Source: Candidatus Altiarchaeota archaeon (GTDB taxonomy: Archaea; Altiarchaeota; Altiarchaeia; IMC4; SCGC-AAA252-I15). From it: DNA of 36,535 nucleotides. The number at the start of each line of letters is the position of its first letter. The stretch's first letter is position 1. Position numbers and translations under genes: made by a program. Under the pieces are notes generated by a model, which was not told the origin of the DNA, did not search any database, and worked only from the letters and a program-made list of their open reading frames with translations. Below are positions 36,428-36,535 of this stretch, piece by piece. Where the stretch lies: assembly GCA_043800705.1 (NCBI GenBank), contig JAZDMS010000027.1, positions 1 through 36,535 on the forward strand. The letters are read 5' to 3'.

Positions 36428-36535
36428 TATCCCATCCTCCTCAGGTGCTCGGGCGTGACGAGAACCATCTTGTGTTTTGAGCCTTCGACGACCTCGACCA
36501 GGTACGCCCTACCCTGCTTGCCGACGACCGTGCCG
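36427..36535 (-). CDS. rpl21e: 50S ribosomal protein L21e, 3' part only
   Basis: GTVVGKQGRAYLVEV...VTPEHL..*; the stop overlaps the rpoF start. Confidence 0.9.
   Translation of the reverse strand, partial: GTVVGKQGRAYLVEVVEGSKHKMVLVTPEHLRRMG

Overview
Archaeal chromosomal window, about 55-60% GC by eye. Gene content suggests a DPANN or Altiarchaeota-like organism (inference). Core content: the rps13-rps4-rps11-rpoD-tRNA-Leu-rpl18e-rpl13-rps9-rpoN-rpoK-rps2 operon led by an intron-containing tRNA-Ser (rpoK is missing from the ORF track), enolase, ABCE1/Rli, aspS, a NusA-like KH protein, DUF655-rpoF-rpl21e, and tRNA-Trp with a 148-nt intron carrying box C/D guide elements. Accessory content: a Cys/Thr-rich secreted repeat protein, a GT-C glycosyltransferase, a B12 radical SAM enzyme, an RHH-PIN toxin-antitoxin pair, a ROK kinase and a very large membrane-anchored alpha-2-macroglobulin (A2M). 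Two things stand out. (1) The A2M has an intact GCFEQ thioester motif and a transmembrane hairpin with pilin-like sequence in its bait region. It also has a pilin-head-like N-terminal domain and a +1 frameshift in a G7 tract. (2) Four separate sites show the end of a conserved gene duplicated around a short insert: tRNA-Trp 3', tRNA-Leu 3', ABCE1 5' and aspS 3'. Three of the inserts are hairpin-rich, and in the two protein-coding cases the copies differ mostly or only at synonymous positions. No CRISPR array, transposase or integrase is visible. Family calls come from recognised motifs, not database searches.
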